Shown here: positions 19,534-29,031 of the stretch, in pieces
Layout of the letters: every line of letters starts with the position of its first letter
Numbering within the stretch: the first letter of the stretch is position 1
From: Candidatus Poribacteria bacterium
GTDB taxonomy: Bacteria; Poribacteria; WGA-4E; UBA9662
Direction: 5' to 3'
DNA: 64,000 nucleotides
Assembly: GCA_036339735.1 (NCBI GenBank)
Contig: JAYZAL010000087.1
Span: forward strand, 11,820-75,819
The notes under the pieces: generated by a model
Told to the model about the DNA's origin: nothing
Databases searched by the model: none
What the model saw: only the letters and a program-made list of their open reading frames with translations
Made by a program: the position numbers and the translations under genes

Positions 19534-20193
19534 TTGGAAAAATTAGCAAACAACTATCAGAGCGTTTTAGTTGCTGATAGTAACGAAAAACGAAGACATG
19601 TTTTGTTGGAGTCTCTGGAGGTTAGTCGTTACAGAGTAATCTCTAACCTATTTCTTCCGGAAGATCTGTTCGCTCATGTAGAGTCGATAAAGCCAGATAT
19701 CATATTCATTGGGTCAGATTTCCCTGATCAGGAAGTAATGGATTTCATAAGTTCGGTTACTCAACATCGGCCGTGTCCAATTGTTCTGTTTGCACAAGAT
19801 GATGATCCTAGAACAATTCAGGTTGCAACTCAAGTTGGTGTATCTGCCTACGTGAGTGGCGATCTGAGCACCAAAAACGTCCAGACTATTACTGAAGCTG
19901 CAATTGCCCGGTTTTGTCAACTACAGAATCTGAAAAGTGAGTTAGAAAAAGTTCAAACAAACCTTTCTGAACGGAAAGTTATTGAGCAGGCAAAAGGTTT
20001 TCTTATAAATCAGAAAGGGTATAGCGAAAAAGAAGCTCACAGGGCATTGCAGAAAATTGCGATGAATAAAATGAGACGTTTAGCTGAAGTAGCTCGAGAT
20101 GTGGTTTCTTCTTACAAAAGTAAAGGTCTAAAAAAAAACAACCACAAAATTGAGGGGCTAAATTCTGGGCAACGGATAATTACGTGTATTTGA
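19534..20193 (+). CDS. ANTAR-domain antiterminator with receiver-like domain (NasT/AmiR-like)
   Basis: LSERKVIEQAKGFL...SEKEAHRALQKIAMN ANTAR motif. TTG 19534 has an AAGGG RBS; the track start 19495 lies inside the terminator. Confidence 0.88.
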   Translation: MEKLANNYQSVLVADSNEKRRHVLLESLEVSRYRVISNLFLPEDLFAHVESIKPDIIFIGSDFPDQEVMDFISSVTQHRPCPIVLFAQDDDPRTIQVATQVGVSAYVSGDLSTKNVQTITEAAIARFCQLQNLKSELEKVQTNLSERKVIEQAKGFLINQKGYSEKEAHRALQKIAMNKMRRLAEVARDVVSSYKSKGLKKNNHKIEGLNSGQRIITCI

Positions 20194-20369
20194 ATAGCTT
20201 TGGGGAACATTTGAACCCCTAACCAATTTACATTAAGAAACGAATAGATTCGTCTGTTGATTATTCAATCATGGTGTTGAGATTAAGTTTTTCTATTTAA
20301 TAATTTAACACTTGTTACGCCAATCCTTTTGGCTGACATATTTTTTTTTAACTATAGGAGGCGGTTTTT

Positions 20370-21632
20370 ATGCTGTTATTAAATAAAGTTAAAATCTACG
20401 TTCTATTACTATTTGTTATGTTGTCTGCCAGCACCTTAGTACGAGTTCAGGCCTATGCAGCCAGCCACCCACCAACCTCTGAGGTCAATACTACCGGACT
20501 AGCAGTTACTAATGACACGGTGACTGTGGGACAACTTCATTCGATTACCGGAACAATGGCAATAAGTGAGACTGGATCAGTCGAAGCTGAGCGTCTAGCT
20601 ATATCGCAGATTAATGCAATGGGTGGAGTCCTTGGGCGAAAAATTGAGATCATCCAAGAAGATGGTGCATCGGATTGGCCAACCTTCGCAGAAAAGTCAA
20701 AAAAGTTAATTATCAAGGATAAAGTCGCGTGTGTTTTTGGGTGTTGGACCTCTGCTTCCCGAAAAGCGGTGCTTCCCATATTCGAGAAAGAAAATAACAT
20801 GCTTTACTACCCAACTTTCTACGAAGGTTTAGAAGCTTCCAAAAACGTTGTTTATACTGGTCAGGAAGCGGTTCAGCAGATTCTTTGGGGACTTGATTGG
20901 GCTTACGAAAATTTGGGCGCGCGTACTTTTTACCTAATTGGCTCTGACTACATATGGCCGCGCACCTCAAACAAGATTGCTCGTAACCATATCGAACGGT
21001 TTTTAAAGAAAAAAGATCCCAAGTGTAAGGTTGTAGGTGAAGACTACTATCCCCTTGGTCATACTAATTTCCGTTCTTTAATCAATAAAGTTAAATTAAA
21101 GAAACCTGATTTGATCTACAGTATAGTCGTGGGTGGAAGTAACGTCGCATGGTACAAGCAACTTAAAGCAGCTGGAATAACTTCCAAAAAATATAATTTG
21201 CTTACTATTTCGACGACTGAGGATGAATTGCTAGGTATCGGAGGTGAAAATGCTGAAGGTTTCTATGCTTGCATGAAGTATTTTCAATCTCAGGAAAATC
21301 CCAATAATCAGGCCTTCGTAAAAGCATTTAAGGAAATGTGGGGCGACGATTCTGTAATCGGAGACGTTACTCAGGCAGCATATCTTGGACCTTGGATTTG
21401 GAAAGCTGCAGTTGAAAAAGCAGGAAGCTTTGACATAGACAAAGTGCATGCTGCTCACCCCGGCATTGAATTGCCAGACGCTCCGGAAGGATATGTACGT
21501 GTACATGAAACTAACCAACATCTGTATAGTCGAGCAAAAATTGGAAAGATCAGAAAAGATGGTCAGTTTGATGTAATGGCGATTTCCGAAGACTTAATTG
21601 AGCCCGACCCATTCCCAGAGGGATACCAGTAA
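20370..21632 (+). CDS. urtA: Urea/short-chain amide ABC transporter substrate-binding protein
   Basis: VGQLHSITGTMAISE, EDGASDWPTFAEK, FGCWTSASRKAV, YPTFYEG, GSDYIWPR; AGGAGG RBS. Confidence 0.92.
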   Translation: MLLLNKVKIYVLLLFVMLSASTLVRVQAYAASHPPTSEVNTTGLAVTNDTVTVGQLHSITGTMAISETGSVEAERLAISQINAMGGVLGRKIEIIQEDGASDWPTFAEKSKKLIIKDKVACVFGCWTSASRKAVLPIFEKENNMLYYPTFYEGLEASKNVVYTGQEAVQQILWGLDWAYENLGARTFYLIGSDYIWPRTSNKIARNHIERFLKKKDPKCKVVGEDYYPLGHTNFRSLINKVKLKKPDLIYSIVVGGSNVAWYKQLKAAGITSKKYNLLTISTTEDELLGIGGENAEGFYACMKYFQSQENPNNQAFVKAFKEMWGDDSVIGDVTQAAYLGPWIWKAAVEKAGSFDIDKVHAAHPGIELPDAPEGYVRVHETNQHLYSRAKIGKIRKDGQFDVMAISEDLIEPDPFPEGYQ

Positions 21633-21660
21633 ACAATCGGTTAATCTATTGTTTTGATAG

Positions 21661-21711
21661 TATTCGTGGGGTTTACTGCTCAATGTGCTAGTGTGGTGGA
21701 TCCCATGAATA
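21661..21711 (+). other. Long G-U-rich intercistronic hairpin after urtA
   Basis: TATTCGTGGGGTTTACTGC pairs with GTGGTGGATCCCATGAATA through several G-U pairs on the plus strand. Confidence 0.55.
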
Positions 21712-21759
21712 ACATCAAAGTGTTTGGGGATGGTTTAGCAATAGATAAAGGAATATTAA

Positions 21760-22683
21760 ATGGGTGATTATACAGCAGCAGAAATTTACGCGATTGTGGC
21801 CATGCAAGGGTTTAGCGGAGTTAGCCTGCTTTGCATTTATGTTCTCATGGGCCTTGGCCTCTATATAATTTTTGGTCAAATGGGTGTTATCAACATGGCT
21901 CATGCCGAATTCTTGGTTCTTGGCTCATATACCATGTGTCTATTTTCCGAGTTTGTGACAAAGAATGTTCCTTTTTTAACCACCTACTATGTCATCCTGG
22001 CAATTCCGTTATCCTTCATCATCGCTTTTGGTGTTGGATATTTGGTTGAATGGATCTTGATCAGTCGTCTTTATCAAAGACCTCTTGACACCTTACTTGC
22101 AACATGGGGATTAAGCCTGATAATGCAACAGTCTTTCAGGACTTTTATTGGTGCACGTGAGAGAAGCGCGGATTTGCCAGAATGGCTTCTGGGGTCATGG
22201 GCCGTTACCGATATGATCGAAATTCCGATCAGTGGGCTCGTTCTACTTTTTCTCACTGTTCTACTAACCGTTGGTTTAATTGCCTACACGCAAAGGTCGC
22301 GTATGGGGCTGCGGATGAGAGCCACAACACAAAATCGTCAAATGACTAGTGCCTTGGGAATCAATACTAAGATGACTGATCGTGTTACTTTTGGGATTGC
22401 TTGTGGGATTTCTGGGATTGCTGGAGCTTTTTTTACAACCATAGCTTCCACCTCTCCGTCAGCCGGAACTAACTATATTGTTGATTCGTTTTTGGTTCTA
22501 GTTGTAGGTGGATTGGGCAGTTTGTTGGGACTCTTCATATCTGGAGGTTTCCTTGCGTTGCTTTCATCGATCTTGGAATTTTTCATGACTGGTTCAATTG
22601 CCAAGGTCTGGCTCTACATCATTATATTTGCTGTTTTGATGAAATTCACCCGTGGTCTTTTTTCGGAAAGAATTCGCTCATAA
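21760..22683 (+). CDS. urtB: Urea/amide ABC transporter permease
   Basis: IFGQMGVINMAHAEF, RPLDTLLATWGLSL, YIVDSFLVLVVGG. Confidence 0.92.
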   Translation: MGDYTAAEIYAIVAMQGFSGVSLLCIYVLMGLGLYIIFGQMGVINMAHAEFLVLGSYTMCLFSEFVTKNVPFLTTYYVILAIPLSFIIAFGVGYLVEWILISRLYQRPLDTLLATWGLSLIMQQSFRTFIGARERSADLPEWLLGSWAVTDMIEIPISGLVLLFLTVLLTVGLIAYTQRSRMGLRMRATTQNRQMTSALGINTKMTDRVTFGIACGISGIAGAFFTTIASTSPSAGTNYIVDSFLVLVVGGLGSLLGLFISGGFLALLSSILEFFMTGSIAKVWLYIIIFAVLMKFTRGLFSERIRS

Positions 22684-22716
22684 ACCAATATTATTATTCT
22701 CCATTATTAGTCAATT

Positions 22717-23868
22717 ATGAATCTTTACGATCGACTTTTTAAAAACAAAGAAGGTTTAGCGGCCTTCATCATCTTGGCCATTATACTACTGGTTATTCTT
22801 CCAGTTTCACTTAATGTTTTTCGACTGAATCTGACTGGTAAATACTTGTGTTACGCTTTCGTAGCAATTGGTCTTGTAATGTGCTGGGGCAATTCTGGCA
22901 TTCTCAGCCTTGGTCAGGGGTTATTCTTCGGAATTGGTGGATATTGTATGGCCATGTTTCTAAAACTTGAAGCCTCTGACCCAGAAAGCACCTCCATTCA
23001 AACTACGCCGGGAATTCCAGACTTCATGGATTGGAACCAGGTTACCGAATTACCTTGGTTTTGGTACCCGTTCAAGAACTTAGCCTTAACTCTGTCTCTG
23101 ATCTTGATTCTACCTGTACTAATGGCTTTTATATTGAGTTTCTTTTACTTCAAGGGGCGTGTTACAAATGTGGTTTTTGCCATTCTTACTCAGTCAATGG
23201 TCGCCTGCCTTTGGTATTTCATCGTAGGCAACCAAGGTTACTTTGGAGGAATCAATGGTATTACTGACTTGAAAACTCTCCTAGGCTGGGATATACGACC
23301 TGAATCAGCACAGAAAAGCCTATATTACGTCTGCGCAATTTTACTTCTTTTTTGTATTCTTGCCAGTAGATATATTTTGTCGACTCGTCTGGGACGTGTA
23401 TTAGTTGCTCAACGTGATAAGGAAATGCGTGTTCGTTTCACGGGATATAACATTACGTCTTTCCGTATTTTCGTTTTCTGCTTTGCCGCCCTGCTTAGTT
23501 CAATTGGAGGTGCATTGTTCACCCTGCAGGTTGGATTCATGTCTCCTAATTTGATTGGTATCCAGCCATCTATCGACATGGTCATTTTTACAGCTGTTGG
23601 TGGACGAGAGAGCCTTCTTGGTGCAGTCTATGGCGCTTTAGCAGTTAATGCTGCTAAAACTGCTTTCTCGGAAGCCTATCCCGGGTGGTGGCTGTTTTTA
23701 TATGGTTCTACATTCATCGTTATTGTTCTCTTTTTACCTAGGGGTTTAGCTGGACTATATGAAAGTAATATTAGAGGATGGATCTCTAAGTTGAGAAAAA
23801 GAACTGAACCCGAATCCACACCTGTTATTAGTCAACTAGAAGAGGAGGGATCGAATGCGATCGAGTGA
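22717..23868 (+). CDS. urtC: Urea/amide ABC transporter permease
   Basis: GKYLCYAFVAIG, GILSLGQG, PDFMDWN, AVGGRESLLGAVYG. Confidence 0.92.
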   Translation: MNLYDRLFKNKEGLAAFIILAIILLVILPVSLNVFRLNLTGKYLCYAFVAIGLVMCWGNSGILSLGQGLFFGIGGYCMAMFLKLEASDPESTSIQTTPGIPDFMDWNQVTELPWFWYPFKNLALTLSLILILPVLMAFILSFFYFKGRVTNVVFAILTQSMVACLWYFIVGNQGYFGGINGITDLKTLLGWDIRPESAQKSLYYVCAILLLFCILASRYILSTRLGRVLVAQRDKEMRVRFTGYNITSFRIFVFCFAALLSSIGGALFTLQVGFMSPNLIGIQPSIDMVIFTAVGGRESLLGAVYGALAVNAAKTAFSEAYPGWWLFLYGSTFIVIVLFLPRGLAGLYESNIRGWISKLRKRTEPESTPVISQLEEEGSNAIE

Positions 23869-24628
23869 CACCGATTATGTACTGGCCATAGAGAATTTGA
23901 CAGTTAGTTTCGATGGCTTTAAAGCCGTCGACGATCTTACTCTCTATATTGACCAGGGAGAATTAAGAGTAATTATCGGACCTAATGGGGCTGGAAAAAC
24001 TACGGTTTTAGATCTAATCAGCGGTAAGACTTCTGCAACCTCCGGAAGTATCCGCTACAACCCGTATGCACAAAAAAAGGGTAGAAACATAGAGCTTACC
24101 GAAATGCGTGAACATGAAATCGTTCGTGCCGGAATCGGGAGAAAGTTTCAAACACCATCGATCTACGAGAGTCTGACGGTATTTGAGAATCTTGAAATTT
24201 CTTACCCCCGTGGACGAACAGTGTTGGGCTCATTGACCTTTCAAAGATCAGAGGAAGTAATGGATCGTATTCGTGAAGTGGCTGAAGCGATATTTCTGAT
24301 TGAGATGCTAGATTCTCAAGCTGAGCTTTTAAGCCATGGACAGAAGCAGTGGCTAGAGATAGGTATGCTGTTGGTACAAAGTCCAGATTTAATAATGCTA
24401 GATGAGCCAGTTGCTGGGATGAGTGCCAAAGAACGTGATGCAACAGCCGAGCTGCTGCGCGAGGTTTCTAAGGAACACTCGGTGCTGATTATCGAACATG
24501 ATATGGATTTTGTGGCCAAGATAGCAGATCAGGTGACCGTGCTTCACTTGGGACAAATTATCATGGAAGGGACAATGGAAGAAATTCAAAACGATTCAGT
24601 CGTACAAGAAGTCTACCTTGGACATTAA
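23855..24628 (+). CDS. urtD: Urea/amide ABC transporter ATP-binding protein
   Basis: VSFDGFKA, GPNGAGKT, GRKFQTP, LSHGQKQWLEIGM. Confidence 0.93.
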   Translation: MRSSDTDYVLAIENLTVSFDGFKAVDDLTLYIDQGELRVIIGPNGAGKTTVLDLISGKTSATSGSIRYNPYAQKKGRNIELTEMREHEIVRAGIGRKFQTPSIYESLTVFENLEISYPRGRTVLGSLTFQRSEEVMDRIREVAEAIFLIEMLDSQAELLSHGQKQWLEIGMLLVQSPDLIMLDEPVAGMSAKERDATAELLREVSKEHSVLIIEHDMDFVAKIADQVTVLHLGQIIMEGTMEEIQNDSVVQEVYLGH

Positions 24629-24665
24629 TAATTAGATAATTAACCAAAACTAAGAGTAATTAATT

Positions 24666-25358
24666 ATGTTCCACATAAAAAATCTTAAAGTCGGTTATGG
24701 TGAGAGCACGGTAATCAGCGGATTGGACTTGGATCTTGGTGAAGGAGAGATTCTAGCCATAATGGGTCGCAACGGAATGGGTAAGACCACATTGTTCAAA
24801 TCCGTCATCGGTATTTTAGATTGTGGCAATGGCTCTAGTATCAAAATCGGCGAGCAAGAATTGGCAGAGGCCCCTAGTTTCATGCGGGTTCGTCGGGGGT
24901 TAGCCTATGTCCCACAAGGTAGGATGATTTTTCCAAGTATGACTGTGAAGGAAAATATTGAAATAGGAATGGATACCACGGATCTAAATGAGGTTCCTGA
25001 TTATATTTATGAGCTGTTTCCAGTGTTGGACGAAATGGGGAAACGTAAAGGCGGAAATTTATCAGGTGGCCAGCAACAGCAATTAGCAATTGCTCGGGCT
25101 TTAGTCACAGAACCAAAAGTATTACTTTTGGATGAGCCAACCGAGGGAATTCAACCATCAATAATCAAGGAAATGGCCCAAAAACTTAAAGTGATCAGAG
25201 ACATGCATGGTATTTCTATTATCGTAGCAGAACAAGTTCTGTCTTTTACTTTGGATGCTTGTGATCGTTTTTTAGTTATGGAAGGTGGATCAATTGTTCA
25301 TTCTAGTGATCGAAAGGAGGTGGACGCGGAAAAAATTAAAAGTTTCCTTTCCGTATGA
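24666..25358 (+). CDS. urtE: Urea/amide ABC transporter ATP-binding protein
   Basis: GRNGMGKTT, YVPQGR, LSGGQQQQLAIARAL, DEPTEGIQPSII. Confidence 0.93.
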   Translation: MFHIKNLKVGYGESTVISGLDLDLGEGEILAIMGRNGMGKTTLFKSVIGILDCGNGSSIKIGEQELAEAPSFMRVRRGLAYVPQGRMIFPSMTVKENIEIGMDTTDLNEVPDYIYELFPVLDEMGKRKGGNLSGGQQQQLAIARALVTEPKVLLLDEPTEGIQPSIIKEMAQKLKVIRDMHGISIIVAEQVLSFTLDACDRFLVMEGGSIVHSSDRKEVDAEKIKSFLSV

Positions 25359-25644
25359 TTAACAGGTTTAAGATTCATCATTTAAATGAGTTTATTAGGC
25401 AAAAAAACAAAAACTAGATTTTGTCAAATAGCTCACCTACGGATATAGTGGTCGAATTTTGGCTGATAACACGGAAGTTCAGCCGGAATCTTTGTTGAAG
25501 GGAACTTCGGGTTTTACTCCGGTATGTTTGAAACAGTAGAAAAAGACAGTGTTCAGAGAAGGTAGTATGTTTTCATTGATACGATTTTGAATCAAAATAA
25601 ACCACAGCGTAAGTTTAGTTTTTTTATATTTATAGGATTTTAAT

Positions 25645-26895
25645 ATGGCCGAAACTAATAAGCCTACTTCACTTATTCGAGTTGATTTAAACCAGAGTCC
25701 TTACGAGAATGAGAATGTCCATAATCGATGGCATCCTGACATTCCAATGGTAGCGACCGTTAAGCCAGGTGATGATTTCGTGGTTGAGTGTTATGATTGG
25801 ACTGGAGGGCAAATCAAGAATGACGACTCAGCTGAAGATGTCCGTGATGTAGATCTTGGGCAAGTCCACTTTTTATCTGGACCCATAGAGATAGAGGGGG
25901 CTGAACCTGGTGATTTACTACAGGTTGACATCTTGGATATTGGTGCATTTTATGAGTCTAGCTGGGGATTTAACGGTTTCTTCAGCAAAAAAAATGGCGG
26001 TGGATTTTTAACCGAGCATTTCCCTGAAGCACAGAAATCTATTTGGGACTTTAATGGTATGTTCACCAAATCTCGACATATACCCGGTGTCGAGTTTGCA
26101 GGTTGTTTGCATCCTGGACTGATTGGTTGTCTACCAGACAGAAAAATGCTAGACATGTGGAACACTCGTGAAAAGGAATTATACGATACAGATCCTGATC
26201 GTGTTCCTGAACTAGCAACATTACCGCAAGCACGCGTAGCACATATGGGACGTATGCCGGCAGATGAAGCCAAGATTGCGGCAGCTGAGGCGGCAAGGAC
26301 AGTTCCTCCAAGGGAGCACGGTGGTAACTGTGACATCAAAGATTTATCTCGTGGCTCGACGGTTTACTTTCCGGTCTATCAAAATGGTGCTGGCCTCTCT
26401 ATGGGCGACATACATTTTAGTCAAGGTGATGGTGAGATCACATTCTGTGGTGCCATTGAAATGGCCGGTTGGCTCCATCTGCGTGTGAACTTAATTAAAG
26501 ATGGAATGGAAAAGTACAGTGTTAAAAATCCGATTTTTAAACCCAGCCCAATAGTACCTAAGTATGATGATTACCTGATTTTTGAGGGTATTTCTGTTGA
26601 TGAAGATGGGAGGCAGCATTATTTGGATGTTCATATCGCATATCGTCAAGCTTGTTTAAATGCGATTAGCTACTTGACCAAGTTTGGCTACAGCGAGGCT
26701 CAGGCCTATGCTATTTTGGGTTGTGCACCTGTTCAGGGACATATCAGTGGTGTAGTTGATATCCCTAATGCATGTGCAACACTCTGGCTGCCTACTGATG
26801 TATTTGATTTTGACGTTCAAATCAATCCAAATGGACCAGAGAAGCATGTCGACTCCTCCTTAATTGATGTCCCTCTTGCACCAGACCTTGAGTAA
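25645..26895 (+). CDS. fmdA: Formamidase (acetamidase/formamidase family)
   Basis: HNRWHPDIP, DWTGGQI, PPREHGGNCDIK, GDIHFSQGDGEITFCGAIEM, GVVDIPNAC. Confidence 0.95.
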   Translation: MAETNKPTSLIRVDLNQSPYENENVHNRWHPDIPMVATVKPGDDFVVECYDWTGGQIKNDDSAEDVRDVDLGQVHFLSGPIEIEGAEPGDLLQVDILDIGAFYESSWGFNGFFSKKNGGGFLTEHFPEAQKSIWDFNGMFTKSRHIPGVEFAGCLHPGLIGCLPDRKMLDMWNTREKELYDTDPDRVPELATLPQARVAHMGRMPADEAKIAAAEAARTVPPREHGGNCDIKDLSRGSTVYFPVYQNGAGLSMGDIHFSQGDGEITFCGAIEMAGWLHLRVNLIKDGMEKYSVKNPIFKPSPIVPKYDDYLIFEGISVDEDGRQHYLDVHIAYRQACLNAISYLTKFGYSEAQAYAILGCAPVQGHISGVVDIPNACATLWLPTDVFDFDVQINPNGPEKHVDSSLIDVPLAPDLE

Positions 26896-26923
26896 CCAAA
26901 ATAAAGTTAATTAGGAGCAATTT

Positions 26924-27268
26924 ATGCCACTCTATGAATATAAATGCAGAGAACATGGAATCTTCTCAGAATTAGCTACTTTAGCTGATAGTGCACACCC
27001 CACAGATTGCCCCCAATGTGGGGCAACCTCTCCTCGGATACTGACCTTGTCGCCTCGTGTAGTTTTAGCTCTCAAGGAAGGTGTGAGTATTAAGGCAATA
27101 GAACGTAATGAGAAGGCTCAAAATGAACCAGAGGTTTCCACCGTGGATAGGCGACAAAACGACGATAAACATATCATTGGTAAAAGTATAGGCAAGTCTA
27201 AAGTTATATATACTGCTGACGGAAAGAAAATGTTTCCCTCTATGAGGCCTTGGATGATAAGTCACTAG
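26924..27268 (+). CDS. fmdB: FmdB family zinc-ribbon protein
   Basis: MPLYEYKCREHG...CPQCG...RPWMISH directly after fmdA; AGGAG RBS. Confidence 0.88.
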   Translation: MPLYEYKCREHGIFSELATLADSAHPTDCPQCGATSPRILTLSPRVVLALKEGVSIKAIERNEKAQNEPEVSTVDRRQNDDKHIIGKSIGKSKVIYTADGKKMFPSMRPWMISH

Positions 27269-27721
27269 ATTTAGCTTTTACTCTCATCTATTGAAATTGA
27301 TTTGCTAACAGCCAACGTGCAAAATATTGGACCTAAAAGCATATTTAGCATTTATAGGCTGAGAATCTAGAATCGTTGTGACTAAACAAAAATCTCGGGC
27401 CAAAAAAGTAAAAAGTAAACAGCGTTATCACTCTGAACATATCTGTCTACTTTTAATGCATCTCTTAGCTGTCCTGACAATTGACAGATAATATTCATAT
27501 AAGGTTTGCTAGGTGATGTTGTCGTATTTGTAATGTACTAGAGTTTCGCGTAAAACGCATAATCGTTTTAAGTCTATATTTGTTTAGGATTTAGGCTAAT
27601 CCCAAGTAATACGAAAAACAAGTAAACTTCAGTTGTATTGAAAGTGATCTGTTTGATGATTATTGCGTTCCTTTATTTTTTATTAATTATACATTAGTCC
27701 TGACAAAATGGTGGACGATGC

Positions 27722-27750
27722 TTGACAGGAGTGTTATGTTATATCATAAT
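27722..27750 (+). promoter_or_regulatory. Sigma70 promoter of zur1 overlapped by a Zur box
   Basis: TTGACA-N17-CATAAT with TGTTATGTTATATCATAAT at 27732-27750. Confidence 0.75.
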
Positions 27751-27795
27751 GAATGTGTTGGTTGTTAACAACAAACACCCAAAAGGCATTTTCAT

Positions 27796-28296
27796 ATGAA
27801 TAAGCAGCAAATAGATCGTGTGATCGATAAAGCAAAGTACCTTTGCGAACGTTCGGGGACACGTTTGACAGAGAAGCGCAGAAGCGTTTTAGAACTTTTA
27901 CTGGTTTCCAATATACCTTTATCGGCCTATGAAATTACTGATGCTTATAATCAGATCGATGAAAAACCCATTCTGGCAATGTCAGTATATCGCATTTTAG
28001 AATTTCTCGAGTCAGAGAACTTGGTGCACAAACTAAGTTCAACCAATAAATACGTCGCTTGTTCCCATATCACTTGTGGGGAGGTGCACGGAATCCCACA
28101 ATTTTTAATTTGCGGTGAATGCCAAATCACTAGAGAAATCGCGTGTGGTGGATGTAAGGATGAGAAAGAAATATCAATTTCCAAAAGCGTGATTGATGAG
28201 CTAGGTAAACTGGTTGGTAAAGCGGGTTACACGCTTATAAATTCACAATTGGAGTTACGGGTCCTCTGTAATAACTGCTCGGTGAGTAAGGCTTAA
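27796..28296 (+). CDS. zur: Fur-family zinc uptake regulator, copy 1
   Basis: RLTEKRRSVLELL, SAYE, VYRILEFL, YVACSH, FLICGEC, LCNNC; Zur box upstream. Confidence 0.85.
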   Translation: MNKQQIDRVIDKAKYLCERSGTRLTEKRRSVLELLLVSNIPLSAYEITDAYNQIDEKPILAMSVYRILEFLESENLVHKLSSTNKYVACSHITCGEVHGIPQFLICGECQITREIACGGCKDEKEISISKSVIDELGKLVGKAGYTLINSQLELRVLCNNCSVSKA

Positions 28297-28298
28297 CC

Positions 28299-28355
28299 CT
28301 GTCGAATTACTTTTGTCAATCACCTGAATCCATCACCAAAAGAGAATTTACATCA
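28299..28355 (+). pseudogene. Relic of the hisI 5-prime end
   Basis: Aligns codon for codon with hisI from 30145 (MLNRFYKSLESITTGEFIS vs LSNYFCQSPESITKREFTS), same 2-nt gap after the zur stop, ATG changed to CTG. Confidence 0.6.
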
Positions 28356-28679
28356 TCCACCTGGCATCGAATGATGTTGGAGGAGTCTGAATACTTTTCA
28401 AGGTGTAAAAAGTTACTTTTCGCGGTGGGGGTATTTCATCATCTTGGCTTCTCTAGCACGTGTTTATACACGATTGGCAGCCCAAGCTGAAAATATCAAC
28501 TAACATCAAGCCAGACCCTTGCAACGGTCTTAATCGGCTAACAAGATTATTATTGAAATTGGCCAACTCTCTTGTGTGACAGATTTAAGACCTATTTAGC
28601 CAAAATCTAAAGTCGAAAAGGACTTTGGTTGAATTATGTGGGCTGGTTAACAGGGCAGATTTGGGTCTCTAATATCAAT

Positions 28680-28714
28680 CAAAGCGGGGAAGTTTAATCA
28701 ACTTCCCCGCTTTG
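28680..28714 (-). terminator. Terminator-like hairpin downstream of the His/Asp mini-lipoprotein
   Basis: Perfect 15-bp stem CAAAGCGGGGAAGTT-TAATC-AACTTCCCCGCTTTG just past the stop; short U-tracts on both strands. Confidence 0.7.
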
Positions 28715-28737
28715 GTTCGATCCACCCAAGAACTTAT

Positions 28738-28947
28738 TTATTTTGTTCCATCGTCATGATCATCATCTTGGTCATGATCGTCGTGATCATCATCGTCGTG
28801 ATCATCATCGTGGTCATGATCGTCGTGATCGTCGTGATCGTCATCGTCTGTATCACAGGCAGTGATTAAGAACATCGAACTAAACAGCAATATAAAGAGC
28901 ATCAGCCCAATAAAAACTGGCTTAAATCTGAGACTAGCCAACGTCAT
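28738..28947 (-). CDS. Small His/Asp-rich lipoprotein, putative zinc-binding
   Basis: AGGAGG 9 nt before ATG 28947, signal peptide with ITAC lipobox, mature CDTDDDDHDDHDDHDH...DGTK; Zur box upstream and hairpin downstream. Confidence 0.8.
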   Translation of the reverse strand: MTLASLRFKPVFIGLMLFILLFSSMFLITACDTDDDDHDDHDDHDHDDDHDDDDHDDHDQDDDHDDGTK

Positions 28948-28961
28948 TGTTATAAACCTCC

Positions 28962-29031
28962 TTGACAAAGGATTTGGTAATCAATAAAATATGTTATGTT
29001 ATAACATAACATATTGGGCGGGTTTTTACAA
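28962..29031. promoter_or_regulatory. Overlapping opposite-strand sigma70 promoters with a perfect palindromic Zur box
   Basis: 28-bp palindrome AATATGTTATGTTA-TAACATAACATATT (28988-29015); plus strand TTGACA-N17-TAAAAT (28962-28990); minus strand TTGTAA-N17-TATGTT (29031-29003). Confidence 0.8.

Noticed and set aside
25460-25525. Structured RNA or second ANTAR site before fmdA
   Set aside because: Short complementary segments exist but no hexaloop pair or terminator.
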